The notes beneath the pieces are model-generated. The model did no database searches, was not told the DNA's origin, and saw only the letters and a program-made list of their open reading frames with translations. The position numbers were made by a program, and so were the translations under genes. A stretch of 64,000 bases of DNA from Syntrophorhabdaceae bacterium (lineage in GTDB: Bacteria > Desulfobacterota > Syntrophorhabdia > Syntrophorhabdales > Syntrophorhabdaceae): NCBI GenBank assembly GCA_963665295.1, contig OY762209.1, positions 1,504,001 through 1,568,000 on the forward strand, in the 5' to 3' direction. Each line of letters begins with the position of its first letter. Positions within the stretch are counted from its first letter, which is position 1. Of the stretch, positions 1 through 9,611 are shown one piece after another.

Positions 1-286
1 TTGTTTTATCCTGGTCCAATTGGCGGAATTGTTCCGGTGGGGCGAGTACCACAGGCTCCCCCTGTCCGCCTGGTACACACCGACCGTCATTTTCGTAATG
101 ATCTGGCTGTGCATAGTCTTTCGTCCAAAAGAGTTTGCACCCTTCATTTACTCGCAATTCTGACGAGAAGTTGCAGGGTAAATACAGGACTCGTCCTCTC
201 GCGGCGCGCACGTGACGGGTCAGGGCAAAACCTTGTTCTTGACAAACGTCGGGAAGTCTTCATATAAATAATACACTTGACGCACC

Positions 287-1504
287 ATGAGAGATGACAG
301 GTCCAATTCATTTAGTGTCCCCGTAAAGATAGGCATAGGTCTGATCGCCCTTTTGTTTATTCTCAACTCGGCCTTTCTCTACCTCTTCGTGAGGGAGAAG
401 AAGAGGAACAACGACTATGTGAGGATCATGAAGGAGACGAACGAGAAGCTGCTCAGGGTGCGGGAAGCCCTGAACCGGCAGTCCGGGGCTCCTCCGGCCG
501 ACACGGTAGTCAAGCCGTCTCCCGCGCCGGCGCAGCCCACCGTTGCCCGGTCGGAGCCGAAACAGGCGCCGCCCGCGCCTCCGGAGAAGAAGGCGGTCCA
601 GGTCGAAGAACCAACAAAGGCTACGCCGCCCCTTGAACGGGTGGTAAAGCTCGTTGTCCCGCCCGAGTCGACCCCTGCCCCCTTTGTGTCTGCCGATGCG
701 GGAGAAATCGTCCTGATTTGCGAGAAGGACTCAAAGACGCTCCATGTCTTTCGCTTCGGGAACGGCAGGTTTTCTCTTGTCAAATCCTACCCGTGCATTA
801 TAGGGGCGAACAACGGGGACAAGAGGAAGGCGGGAGATGCCGCCACTCCGAAAGGGGTCTACTTCATCATGCGCTTCACCCCGGGGAGCAAGCTGCCGGG
901 AGATTACGGCACAGGGGCTTTCGTCCTCAGCTACCCGAACCTCCTGGACCGGAAAAACGGGAAACAGGGCAACGGGATCTGGCTCCATGGCCATGATAAC
1001 AAGAAGAACCTGAACGACCTCCTGAACACCAAGGGGTGCATAGTCGTCACCAATGATGTGATCAAGGAGTTGTCGGCAATCATCGTACCCCAGAGCACCC
1101 CCATCGCCATTGTGGACACCCTGAAGTTTGTACCGCAGAAGGACCAGCGCGCCGCGGGAGAGGAGATCAAGGGATTTGTCAGCTCATGGAGACATGCGTG
1201 GGAAAGCATCAACACGAAAAAGTACCTCAGCTTCTATTCCTCTGATTTCATAAACAATGAAGGCATGAACTACGATGCTTTCAGGAACTACAAGGAAAAG
1301 GTAAACAGCAACAAGAAGTCGATCTTGATCAAAGTCGAAAGAACCGCCATCCTGCTGCCCCAGGACCACGAAAACAAGCTTGCTGTGGTCCGGTTCGATC
1401 AGAGGTACCAATCGAACAACTATAAGAGCGACAGCAGAAAACTTCTCTATCTGAAGAAGAGCAACCACGGTTGGCAGATCATCGGAGAATCAATACTGCA
1501 TTAG
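287..1504 (+). CDS. L,D-transpeptidase/carboxypeptidase (YkuD domain) with N-terminal TM anchor, Pro-rich linker and C-terminal NTF2-like domain (Csd6-like)
   Basis: GDAATPKGVY and GIWLHG...TKGCIVVTN (His/Cys catalytic motif); C-terminal W..AWESINTKKYLSFYS...FDQRYQSNNYKSDSRKLLYL..WQIIGE typical of the Csd6-type NTF2-like domain. Confidence 0.85.
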   Translation: MRDDRSNSFSVPVKIGIGLIALLFILNSAFLYLFVREKKRNNDYVRIMKETNEKLLRVREALNRQSGAPPADTVVKPSPAPAQPTVARSEPKQAPPAPPEKKAVQVEEPTKATPPLERVVKLVVPPESTPAPFVSADAGEIVLICEKDSKTLHVFRFGNGRFSLVKSYPCIIGANNGDKRKAGDAATPKGVYFIMRFTPGSKLPGDYGTGAFVLSYPNLLDRKNGKQGNGIWLHGHDNKKNLNDLLNTKGCIVVTNDVIKELSAIIVPQSTPIAIVDTLKFVPQKDQRAAGEEIKGFVSSWRHAWESINTKKYLSFYSSDFINNEGMNYDAFRNYKEKVNSNKKSILIKVERTAILLPQDHENKLAVVRFDQRYQSNNYKSDSRKLLYLKKSNHGWQIIGESILH

Positions 1505-1575
1505 TTTTTCACACGTCCCTATTGGAAGGAACCTATACTGGCGGCGGGCATAAGACCCAAAGTTTATATTTTCCC

Positions 1576-1604
1576 TTGACAATTATCTTTAACTAGCTGA
1601 TAAT
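1576..1604 (+). promoter_or_regulatory. Putative sigma70 promoter of the polysaccharide operon
   Basis: TTGACA (1576-1581), 17 nt spacer, GATAAT (1599-1604) in an AT-rich intergenic region. Confidence 0.6.
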
Positions 1605-1660
1605 AATTAATAATTCCTTGAAATGGGCTAAGAGAATACTATTCAGACGGGGTTTAGAAG

Positions 1661-1672
1661 GGCGGTAGCCTG
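1661..1672 (+). promoter_or_regulatory. ops/JUMPStart-like element (RfaH/NusG-paralog recruitment site)
   Basis: GGCGGTAGCCTG matches ops consensus GGCGGTAGnnTG; lies between the promoter and the first gene of a long polysaccharide operon. Confidence 0.6.
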
Positions 1673-1769
1673 TAAAAAGGGTCGTAATATGCAGGCGTGC
1701 GGCCCGGGATGACAGAGGGTCACTTAAGGCGGCTTGGATGGAAAATATGAAAAGAGGACAAGGTTGGAG

Positions 1770-2858
1770 ATGACGAGAATCACATATCAGCGTTTGCTTC
1801 TTTGCCTTCTCGCCCTGACGGTGCTGATCGCCGGCGGATGTGAATCAGCGCGTACCGTTGAAAGGTCGGTAGATGGGTCGGTCACTGCCATGGACGAAAT
1901 CAGCGATTCGGAGAAGGCGAAGATCCGAATGGGCATTATCAAGGACATCCGGGAGGGCTTGAACCTCTACAGGCTGTCTCCCGGCGACGTGCTGGAGGTA
2001 ATGTACCATCTGTCTCTTACCGCGGAGGCTCAGGACTATCGCATCGGCGTGAATGACGAGCTTAACGTGGATTTCTTCTATCAGCCGGGGTTCAACAGGA
2101 CCGTGGTGGTCCGCCCCGACGGGAAAATTACCCTTCCTCTCAAGGGGGATTTCGAGGCAGCGGGGTTGAAACCGGTTCAGCTCTCAGGGGTAATCGCCAA
2201 GACCTACTCGGATGTCCTCAATAACCCCGTGGTCACCGTGGTGGTCAACAAATATTCATCCAAGATCACCGAGCTTCAGAAAGCCATTACCAACGCGCCG
2301 AGGGGCCAGGCGAAACTTGTCACCGTGGGTCCCGACGGGAACGTTTACCTGCCTTTGCTGAGAGGCGTCAAGGCGGCCGGCAAAACGATCGACGAGTTCA
2401 AGGACACGGTAGTCGCCGAGTACCGGCATGACTTCAACAACCTCAATGTCTCGGTGCTCATCGAGTCATTGGCGGGCAATCGCACCTTTGTCTTCGGCGA
2501 GGTTCAGAAACCCGGGCCACTCGTAATGTCAAAACCGATGACCGTCATGCAGGCCATCGCCATGGCAGGAGGGGTTCTGACTACCGGTTCCCTGGGTAAG
2601 GTGAAGATCCTCTATTGGAATGAGAAGAATCAGCCCGTGGTGCGGACCATTAATCTCAAAAATTCTTTTTCGAGCCTCAAGATAGAAGAAGACCTCATAG
2701 TGCCGAACAACAGCATTATCTTTGTGCCGAGGACCGCGATTGCAGAGGCCGACCGTTGGGTGGATCAGTACATCAGGCAGCTCTTCCTGTGGCAGGGAGA
2801 GAATTTTGCCTTCACCTACGGCGTGTATTCTGCGCCTATCACCACCACGACGAGATGA
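1770..2858 (+). CDS. wza: Polysaccharide export outer-membrane lipoprotein (Wza/OPX family)
   Basis: Lipobox LIAGGC; YRLSPGDVL, VRPDGKITLP..G..AAG poly_export motifs; SLBB motif VFGEVQKPG...TVMQAIAMAGG; ATG at 1770 chosen over TTG at 1734. Confidence 0.9.
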   Translation: MTRITYQRLLLCLLALTVLIAGGCESARTVERSVDGSVTAMDEISDSEKAKIRMGIIKDIREGLNLYRLSPGDVLEVMYHLSLTAEAQDYRIGVNDELNVDFFYQPGFNRTVVVRPDGKITLPLKGDFEAAGLKPVQLSGVIAKTYSDVLNNPVVTVVVNKYSSKITELQKAITNAPRGQAKLVTVGPDGNVYLPLLRGVKAAGKTIDEFKDTVVAEYRHDFNNLNVSVLIESLAGNRTFVFGEVQKPGPLVMSKPMTVMQAIAMAGGVLTTGSLGKVKILYWNEKNQPVVRTINLKNSFSSLKIEEDLIVPNNSIIFVPRTAIAEADRWVDQYIRQLFLWQGENFAFTYGVYSAPITTTTR

Positions 2859-2922
2859 CCGGGGCTGCGGGACAGGCGGGGTTTATGGGACAGACACAAA
2901 TTTTCTACAGGAAGAGGTGAAA

Positions 2923-5160
2923 ATGACCGGAGAGAAGAAGTTAGTTACTTTAAGAGATGTTCTTTACGTCTTCTTCAAGAATAAGACTCTTATTTCTCTC
3001 GTCTTTCTCGTGGCGGTAATCGGCGCCCTCATCTACTGCGTGATTACACCCCCCAAGTACCGCGCCGAGACGAAGATTCTGGTGCGAATGGGGAAAGCCC
3101 AGACCTCCGGCGTTGAAAACTACCCGGAGCGATTCAATATCATGTTCCAGGAGAGGACCCAGAACATCCGTAACGAGATGGAACTTCTCAGGGGAGAGTA
3201 CCTGACCGAAAAGGTCGTTGAGAGACTCAAAGACAAGATCGCCCCGGAAAGCGCCCGGAAGTCTCTGTTAAGAAGGGCAAAGGACGAGATCAAGATGGGT
3301 CTTTACCGGCTTGGGTTGGGGAAGAAGCCCGCATACGAGAAGGAGATGGTGGCGGTCTTCATGAATTCTCTGGGCCTCGCCTACCTCGAAGATACCGATA
3401 TGATGCGACTCACCTTTGACTGGACCGATCCCAAGATTGCGGCCCTCGTGGCCAATACATACGCCGACGAATATATGGCTCAACATGCGGCGGTCTACGA
3501 TTCGCAGCGGTCTTACCGTTTCTACGTCGATCAGATCGAACAATCCGAGAAGAAACTGAAAGATGCGGAAAACGAGCTCCAGGAGTACATCTCCAAAGGG
3601 AGCATCGCCAATATAGAACTGCAGAAAGACCTTCTTCTCAGGAATATCGGAGATCTGACCACCAGGTATAACATGGTTTCCGTGGACTATGCCCAGGCCC
3701 TTACGAAGATGAAGCAAATCAGGGACATGATCGCAAGGCCCGGCGCATGGGTTGAAACACCCGAGAACACGGGAACGGCGGGGGCTATGCAGCTCGACAA
3801 GCAGGGCTACTTAAGGACCCTGGACGACGCTTATTTCAAGCTTAAAGTGGAGCGGGAGAGGATGCTCAAGAATTACACGCCCCTCTCAAACGAGATCAAG
3901 ACCCTCGACGTGCAGCTCGCCAACCTGAAAAAACAGAAAGGCGACAGCCTGCTTAATATTGTGGGTATGGAACTCGCCCTGGCGGAGAACAAAAGGAGCA
4001 GTCTTCAGAAAGAGATAAACGGTGAAAACGCAAAACTTGAAAGCATCAATTCCAAGACTATCACCCTGAAGCAACTGCAACGGCAAAAGGATATAGTCGA
4101 AGCAAATTACCAGCTGTATAAGAAGAAAGCAGAGGACTTCAGGATATCGGATGATCTCGACACCAAGAAGATTTCGGCGGTGAAGGTGGTCACACCGGCT
4201 ACTCCTCCTCTGGGGGCCGCCTATCCAAAGAAAGGTCTGACCATAGTTATGGCGGCTTTTCTCGGGCTCTTCTTCGGGTTCGGTTTTTCCGCCGTCCGGG
4301 AATTCTTCAACCATACCTTCAAAGATGAAAACAACGTGCAGGACTACCTGGGCGTTCCCCTCCTCATGACCGTTTCCCTCCGCGGAGAAAGACAGAGACG
4401 TGGATTTTTCACGAACCTCGCCCGTAGCGTCCAGGAGACGTTTACTCCAAATCGTCGCAGGCCGACAGGCGTGCCGGGCCATTTCTCGCCCCAGAGGACC
4501 AACGGTTTTGCGCTGCTTCTCGTATCGGGCACCACCATCCTCCTGTCCGGTTATTTTTACTGCAATTCCCACTATAACGCAGCGGACGAGAGGCTGGCGG
4601 CGGCAGACAGCAAGGTAGAGCAGTATCTGTCGAAGGGGGCCATAACCCCCGCCACAGCCGGAGAGGGCGTTGCCCCAGTGCCGGGGTTCCTCGTATCGGG
4701 AGAAGCAAGTAAGGCCCTGGAGAAAGTATCCCTGGAGCAGACGGAAAACGTGGTAAAAACGGCGGAAGAGCCTGCCAAAGCCAAGCCGGTGGCCGAGAAC
4801 GTACAGGCCCCGAGCCTTCCTTCCAAGGGCGATGCGCCGGATAAGGCAAAAGTTGCCGCTCCTGCAGCGGACACCGGCCGGACGGCCCCTGCCCCGGCCC
4901 TTTCCCAAATGAACACAGCCGACAAGGAACACGTCGTGGCGAAAGGGGAGAGTCTGGTGGGAATACTCCGCAATGTCTACCGCGTACCGAGCGATTTCAT
5001 TTACAATGAATCCCTCGATCTCGTGGCTGCGGCGAACCCGAAAGTGAGAAACCTGAAAAGCCTGAATGAAGGGCAGAGGATCATTATCCCGAAGGAAGTC
5101 ATCGAAAAAGGCGCGGGCCAGGGCAAAAAGACGCAATCCGATCAGGGCAAAGGGGCATGA
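2923..5160 (+). CDS. Polysaccharide co-polymerase / chain-length determinant (GumC/Wzc N-terminal part) with additional TM and C-terminal LysM-like domain
   Basis: TLRDVLYVFFKNK + TM1 + P.Y.AETKILV; long coiled coil; VVTPATPP..AYPKK + TM2; then a third hydrophobic segment, Ala/Pro linker and HVVAKGESL..I...ANP.V.NLKSLNEGQRIIIP; RBS GAGGTG before ATG 2923. Confidence 0.85.
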   Translation: MTGEKKLVTLRDVLYVFFKNKTLISLVFLVAVIGALIYCVITPPKYRAETKILVRMGKAQTSGVENYPERFNIMFQERTQNIRNEMELLRGEYLTEKVVERLKDKIAPESARKSLLRRAKDEIKMGLYRLGLGKKPAYEKEMVAVFMNSLGLAYLEDTDMMRLTFDWTDPKIAALVANTYADEYMAQHAAVYDSQRSYRFYVDQIEQSEKKLKDAENELQEYISKGSIANIELQKDLLLRNIGDLTTRYNMVSVDYAQALTKMKQIRDMIARPGAWVETPENTGTAGAMQLDKQGYLRTLDDAYFKLKVERERMLKNYTPLSNEIKTLDVQLANLKKQKGDSLLNIVGMELALAENKRSSLQKEINGENAKLESINSKTITLKQLQRQKDIVEANYQLYKKKAEDFRISDDLDTKKISAVKVVTPATPPLGAAYPKKGLTIVMAAFLGLFFGFGFSAVREFFNHTFKDENNVQDYLGVPLLMTVSLRGERQRRGFFTNLARSVQETFTPNRRRPTGVPGHFSPQRTNGFALLLVSGTTILLSGYFYCNSHYNAADERLAAADSKVEQYLSKGAITPATAGEGVAPVPGFLVSGEASKALEKVSLEQTENVVKTAEEPAKAKPVAENVQAPSLPSKGDAPDKAKVAAPAADTGRTAPAPALSQMNTADKEHVVAKGESLVGILRNVYRVPSDFIYNESLDLVAAANPKVRNLKSLNEGQRIIIPKEVIEKGAGQGKKTQSDQGKGA

Positions 5161-5187
5161 GCCCCGTTTCGGTGGAGGAGCGACTAC

Positions 5188-5910
5188 ATGGATGAGCAGC
5201 GGATATTGGGGGAAGAGTATATGGGGTCGACGGGAGCCTTGTCGGGCATGTCCTTGCCGCTCATGATGGAGCACCTTTCGGACTACTATTACCGGGTCAT
5301 ATGGGATATTCTGGCGGCCCCCCGAAAGGTGAAGAAAGGGAGGAAAGGGAACTGCGCGCTGGCCATCGCCGCGTGTAACGATGGCGAAGGGGCATCCACC
5401 ATCGCTTTGAATATTGCCTCGGCCTTTTCCATAAACTCCATGAAAAGGGTCGTACTGGTAGACGGCAACCTCAGGACTCCGGTACTCCACAGCTTCTTCG
5501 GTGTGACGAGGGAGCCGGGGTTGACGGACCTCGTAAATGGGGACACGGGGATAGAAGAGACGGTCATCGAGATTACGGAACAAAGGTTTCATTTCATCTC
5601 GGCGGGACGTCAGGTCCAAAACCCCGCCCTTATTTTTGAGGGACCTAATTTTGTGGACACCGTGGACAATCTGAGAAGTTCTTATGATCTCATCATATTC
5701 GACACATCATCGCTGATTCCCTATCCCGAGACGCCTATCCTGGGGAGCGCCATGGATGGGCTTATCCTGGTGCTGGAAGCGGAAAACACCCGGTGGGAGG
5801 TAGGCCAGGCGGCAAAGACCAACCTCGAGACAGCGGGAGTCACCCTTTTCGGGGCCATCCTCAATAAGAGGGAATACTACATACCCCGCTCGATTTACAA
5901 GCTTCTCTAA
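5188..5910 (+). CDS. CpsD/CapB-family BY-kinase homolog with degenerate Walker motifs
   Basis: GEGAST (Walker A without Lys), VVLVDGNLRTP, PGLTDLV, YDLIIFDT, GAILNKREYYIPRSIY; follows the PCP gene. Confidence 0.85.
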   Translation: MDEQRILGEEYMGSTGALSGMSLPLMMEHLSDYYYRVIWDILAAPRKVKKGRKGNCALAIAACNDGEGASTIALNIASAFSINSMKRVVLVDGNLRTPVLHSFFGVTREPGLTDLVNGDTGIEETVIEITEQRFHFISAGRQVQNPALIFEGPNFVDTVDNLRSSYDLIIFDTSSLIPYPETPILGSAMDGLILVLEAENTRWEVGQAAKTNLETAGVTLFGAILNKREYYIPRSIYKLL

Positions 5911-5934
5911 AAGGTTTACACTTTAACCGGTGAC

Positions 5935-7416
5935 ATGAATCATACCCAGTCCCACGGCGCAAATTCTCAGATATTTCTCGGCTTGTTCCTGGGGCTGGGG
6001 GCGTGTATTACCGCCGTTCTGGCGGCGGGGTTTGAGATCAAGCTCGCCATAGCGGTCATTCTGGGACTGGCCTTCCTCGTGGTGGTGCTCCATTTCTCCA
6101 CGTACCGGCACCTTGTAAACCTCGCCATCATTTTCCTTGCCCTGGGGATCCCCTTCAACCTCGATTACAACCTTTTGTACCGGGAGTACATCGGTGTGAC
6201 GAGTGTCGATATAGGGGTGAGCTTCCTTTGCGCCCTGGCCCTCTACGTGCTTTTCTTCTATCACCACGCGACGCTGCCGGGGAGGAGAGAGCCTCTTTTT
6301 CATTCCAGCAGGGCGATTTTGTGGGCCCCCTTGTTCTACATGGTCGCGGGGGTGCTGAGCATATACAACGCAGTTTCCCGTGAACTGGTCATTCTGGAAC
6401 TCGTGAGGCTGGTCACGCTGTTTCTCATACTCTTCATCGTCATGAATCTGCAAAACAGGCAGCAGGTGAGCCTCTTTGTCTTCTCCTTGTCCGTCGGCCT
6501 GGTTCTGGAAACCCTTATCGCCTTGTACCAATATTATACGGGGCAGTCCCTGGGACTGGACGTGTTCGGGGAAAAAGCGACGATCTTTCAGAACATAGGG
6601 TCCCGGGTAAGCCGTACCACAGGCACCATCGGGCACTCGAATATCCTTGCCTATTATTTTGAGATGCTCATCCCCCTCATGTTGTCCATGAGCCTTGCCG
6701 AGGAAAAAGGGCGGTTGAAGCTCTGGTATTTCATGGCCTTCGGCCTGGGCCTCGTGGGCATCCTCACCACCCTCTCCCGGGGCGGGTGGATGACCCTCCC
6801 CATTTCGTTGGGTCTGGTGCTGGTTGTCATGCTGCGCCGGAGACTGGCTGAACGGAAAACCCTGGTTACTCTCTTCGTTGCGTCCATGGCCTTTGCCGTC
6901 ACCATTTCCTTTATGTATCCTACCATTGAGAGGAGGCTGATCCATGATGACTATGGTTCCGCCCGATCGAGGATCCCTCTCGACAAGGCCGCTTTTTCAA
7001 TAGTCAAACAGTACCCCGTATTCGGTGTGGGCCTGAACAACTTTGCGAAGATTTTTCAGACCTATGACCAGACAGGGGGGTCAAGCGTGGGACGTACCGC
7101 TAAGATCATCGTGCACAACATGTATCTGGGTGTGTGGGCGGAAGTGGGAACGGTGGGACTCATCGCCTTTCTGGGGATATTCGCGGTAGCCATATTCGCG
7201 CCTTTCGGTTTGCTGTCGAAACTCGAGCGCTGGCAACGGGGGGTGGCGATTGGGGTGAGCGCGGGCCTTGCGGCTCAATTCATTCACGCCATGGGCGATC
7301 CCGGATACAGGCTGCTCATGAACACCTCCATGCTCTTCTACTCCTTGATGGGCCTTACAGGGGCCGTTCTTATCATGTATAAGAGGGGCAACCATATTGC
7401 GAAGGACACCATGTGA
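5935..7416 (+). CDS. O-antigen ligase/Wzy polymerase family membrane protein
   Basis: About 12 TM segments; RTTGTIGHSNILA, TLSRGGW, PVFGVGLNNF, VHNMYLGVWAEVGTVG (Wzy_C motifs). Confidence 0.85.
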   Translation: MNHTQSHGANSQIFLGLFLGLGACITAVLAAGFEIKLAIAVILGLAFLVVVLHFSTYRHLVNLAIIFLALGIPFNLDYNLLYREYIGVTSVDIGVSFLCALALYVLFFYHHATLPGRREPLFHSSRAILWAPLFYMVAGVLSIYNAVSRELVILELVRLVTLFLILFIVMNLQNRQQVSLFVFSLSVGLVLETLIALYQYYTGQSLGLDVFGEKATIFQNIGSRVSRTTGTIGHSNILAYYFEMLIPLMLSMSLAEEKGRLKLWYFMAFGLGLVGILTTLSRGGWMTLPISLGLVLVVMLRRRLAERKTLVTLFVASMAFAVTISFMYPTIERRLIHDDYGSARSRIPLDKAAFSIVKQYPVFGVGLNNFAKIFQTYDQTGGSSVGRTAKIIVHNMYLGVWAEVGTVGLIAFLGIFAVAIFAPFGLLSKLERWQRGVAIGVSAGLAAQFIHAMGDPGYRLLMNTSMLFYSLMGLTGAVLIMYKRGNHIAKDTM

Positions 7417-7487
7417 TGCCCCGGGGGACGATTTTCGGGTCTCGCGTTTCGGTGTCGGTGCGATCGGCGAAGGGATAGTACGGTTAC

Positions 7488-8477
7488 GTGACGGAAGAGC
7501 CGGTCAAACTGTCGATTATTGTGGTAAACTGGAATTCAACTGAATTCCTGATCGAATGCCTGGACTCCCTTCTCCGGAAACCGATCCCGGTCAGTTCAGA
7601 GATCATCGTGGTAGACAATGCCTCGACAGATGGTAGTGCGTCCAGTCTCGACCAATACCCCGGGATCGAACTGATCCGGAATTCGGTCAATGCAGGGTTT
7701 GCAAAAGCAAATAACCAGGCCATAAAGGGGGCCAGGGGCGAATACATCCTTCTCCTCAACCCGGACACCCTGATAGAGGACAATTGTATTCTGGAAGAAT
7801 GGGTCCGGTACATGGACGAACACCCGGAGACGGGCGTAAGCGGGTGCAGACTCGTCTACCCCGACGGCAGTTATCAGGTGGGCGATGCGGGGTTCAGGCC
7901 CACTTTCATGTCTGTGTTCAATTACGCCTTCTTTCTCTCGAAGATACACCCTTCTCTGTGCAAGGGCCTCTACCTTGCCGAAGGAAAGACAGATGGGGAA
8001 ATGGAGGTAGACTGGGTGTGCGGGGCCGACCTTCTCTTGCGGCGATCGATTCTCCCAGGAACGGGTCTTCTTGATGAGACCGTATTCATGTACGCGGAAG
8101 ACGTGGAGTTCGGCTGCCGGATCAGATCTGCGGGACATAAGGTCTGTTACCTTCCCTCCCTCAGGATCACTCATCTCCAGGGGGCGAGCCTGAAGAAGGC
8201 GAGCGCCCCTGAGACGGTGTCGCTCACGTGGCTCGAGAATACCCGTCGTCTCTACAGGTTGTTCAACAAGGGGCAGCCTGTATTCTTTTACGACCTCCTC
8301 ATGACCTGCGCCTTTCTCCTCAGGACCGTAATTTATTCAATGAAGTATCTCCTTTCCCGGAACAGGGAACAGGGAAAGAAAGCGGCCCGGATGTGGGCTT
8401 ACTGCCGGGGATCGGCGCGGCATCTTGTGAGAAAACCCCCGCGCGCACCGGGGCATCCTCGTTTGGTGGTGATATAA
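7488..8477 (+). CDS. Glycosyltransferase family 2
   Basis: LSIIVVNWNS, IIVVDNASTDGS, NAGFAKANN, LLLNPD, FMYAEDVEFGCR. Confidence 0.9.
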   Translation: MTEEPVKLSIIVVNWNSTEFLIECLDSLLRKPIPVSSEIIVVDNASTDGSASSLDQYPGIELIRNSVNAGFAKANNQAIKGARGEYILLLNPDTLIEDNCILEEWVRYMDEHPETGVSGCRLVYPDGSYQVGDAGFRPTFMSVFNYAFFLSKIHPSLCKGLYLAEGKTDGEMEVDWVCGADLLLRRSILPGTGLLDETVFMYAEDVEFGCRIRSAGHKVCYLPSLRITHLQGASLKKASAPETVSLTWLENTRRLYRLFNKGQPVFFYDLLMTCAFLLRTVIYSMKYLLSRNREQGKKAARMWAYCRGSARHLVRKPPRAPGHPRLVVI

Positions 8478-8478
8478 C

Positions 8479-9597
8479 ATGCGATTGGGAATAGATTTTC
8501 ATCTCGCGGAAAGAGAAGGTACGGGAAACTGCACCTACATGAGAAACCTCGTGGAATCCCTGGTAAAGATGGACACGACACACGAGTACTTTCTCTATGT
8601 GACTGATTCCGGCTACCCGTACTTCAGGGTCTTCGACGGATATAAACGCGTCCATCTCCGCCCCATGGGTGTGAAGTCCCCTCTCCTGAGAATACCGCTC
8701 CTTGGCCTCATGACCTTCAGGGACAGGATCGACATCCTCCACGCCAACTACTACGGCCCGCCCCTTTTCAGAGGCAAGCTGATCCTTACCGTCCACGACC
8801 TGTCGTTTATCTCCATACCCGAGTGCTTCACCACCTTCGAACGCGTGAAGGATGAAGTGCTCATCCCCCGTAACATCAGGAAAGCGAGTAAGGTGTTGAC
8901 TGTATCCGAATACTCGAAGATGGACATTATCAAAAACTATCATATCGATCCCGATCACGTGGAAGTAGGATATAATGGGGCAAACCCCATTTTCGTGCCT
9001 GTGGAGGACCGGGAAGCGGCATTGAGTGTGGTAAGGGGTTACGGGGTCACCGGCGAGTTTATCCTCTATGTGGGGCGCCTCAATAAGAGGAAGAACCTTG
9101 TAAGTCTCGTCAAAGCCTTTACCATGCTCAAGGAGACCCGGAACATACCTCACCAGCTCGTGGTGTGCGGCATCAGGGACTTCCTGCCCCAGGATGAGGT
9201 CGATGCCATCAATTCGTCTCCCTACAAAGGCGACATCATCTTTACCGGTTACCTTCCGGAGGAGCACCTCCCACTCTTTTACGGAATCGCCCACGCCTTT
9301 GTCTATCCCTCCCTTTACGAGGGGTTCGGGCTGCCCTGTCTCGAGGCCATGCGCTGCGGCTGCCCGGTAGTCAGCTCCAACCTGACCTCCCTGCCGGAAG
9401 TGGTGGGCGACTCGGGCATACTGGTTAATCCCCTAGACGTAAATGAACTGGCGGAGGCCGTGTGGAGGGTCATATCGAACCCGGAGCTGCGATCGGAGAT
9501 GGTCAGGAAAGGACTCGAAAGGGCAAAGCTGTTTACCTGGGAGAACACCGCAAAAAAGATGCTTGAAGTCAGTGAAAAGGCTGTGCAAAGATCGTGA
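8479..9597 (+). CDS. Glycosyltransferase family 4
   Basis: ILTVHDL, LYVGRLNKRKN, FVYPSLYEGFGLPCLEAMRCGCPVV. Confidence 0.9.
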   Translation: MRLGIDFHLAEREGTGNCTYMRNLVESLVKMDTTHEYFLYVTDSGYPYFRVFDGYKRVHLRPMGVKSPLLRIPLLGLMTFRDRIDILHANYYGPPLFRGKLILTVHDLSFISIPECFTTFERVKDEVLIPRNIRKASKVLTVSEYSKMDIIKNYHIDPDHVEVGYNGANPIFVPVEDREAALSVVRGYGVTGEFILYVGRLNKRKNLVSLVKAFTMLKETRNIPHQLVVCGIRDFLPQDEVDAINSSPYKGDIIFTGYLPEEHLPLFYGIAHAFVYPSLYEGFGLPCLEAMRCGCPVVSSNLTSLPEVVGDSGILVNPLDVNELAEAVWRVISNPELRSEMVRKGLERAKLFTWENTAKKMLEVSEKAVQRS

Positions 9598-9611
9598 AAA
9601 GGGACTGAACA

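Noticed and set aside
1..267. 88-aa ORF at the window start
   Set aside because: No motif; overlaps the probable promoter region of the L,D-transpeptidase (TTGACA at 239-244)
3886..5619. 577-aa minus-strand ORF (also 5923-6945, 21349-22512, 30969-32165, 43132-44352, 58887-60032, 63065-63919 and many shorter ones)
   Set aside because: Antisense shadows of well-supported genes in GC-rich DNA; no recognisable motifs
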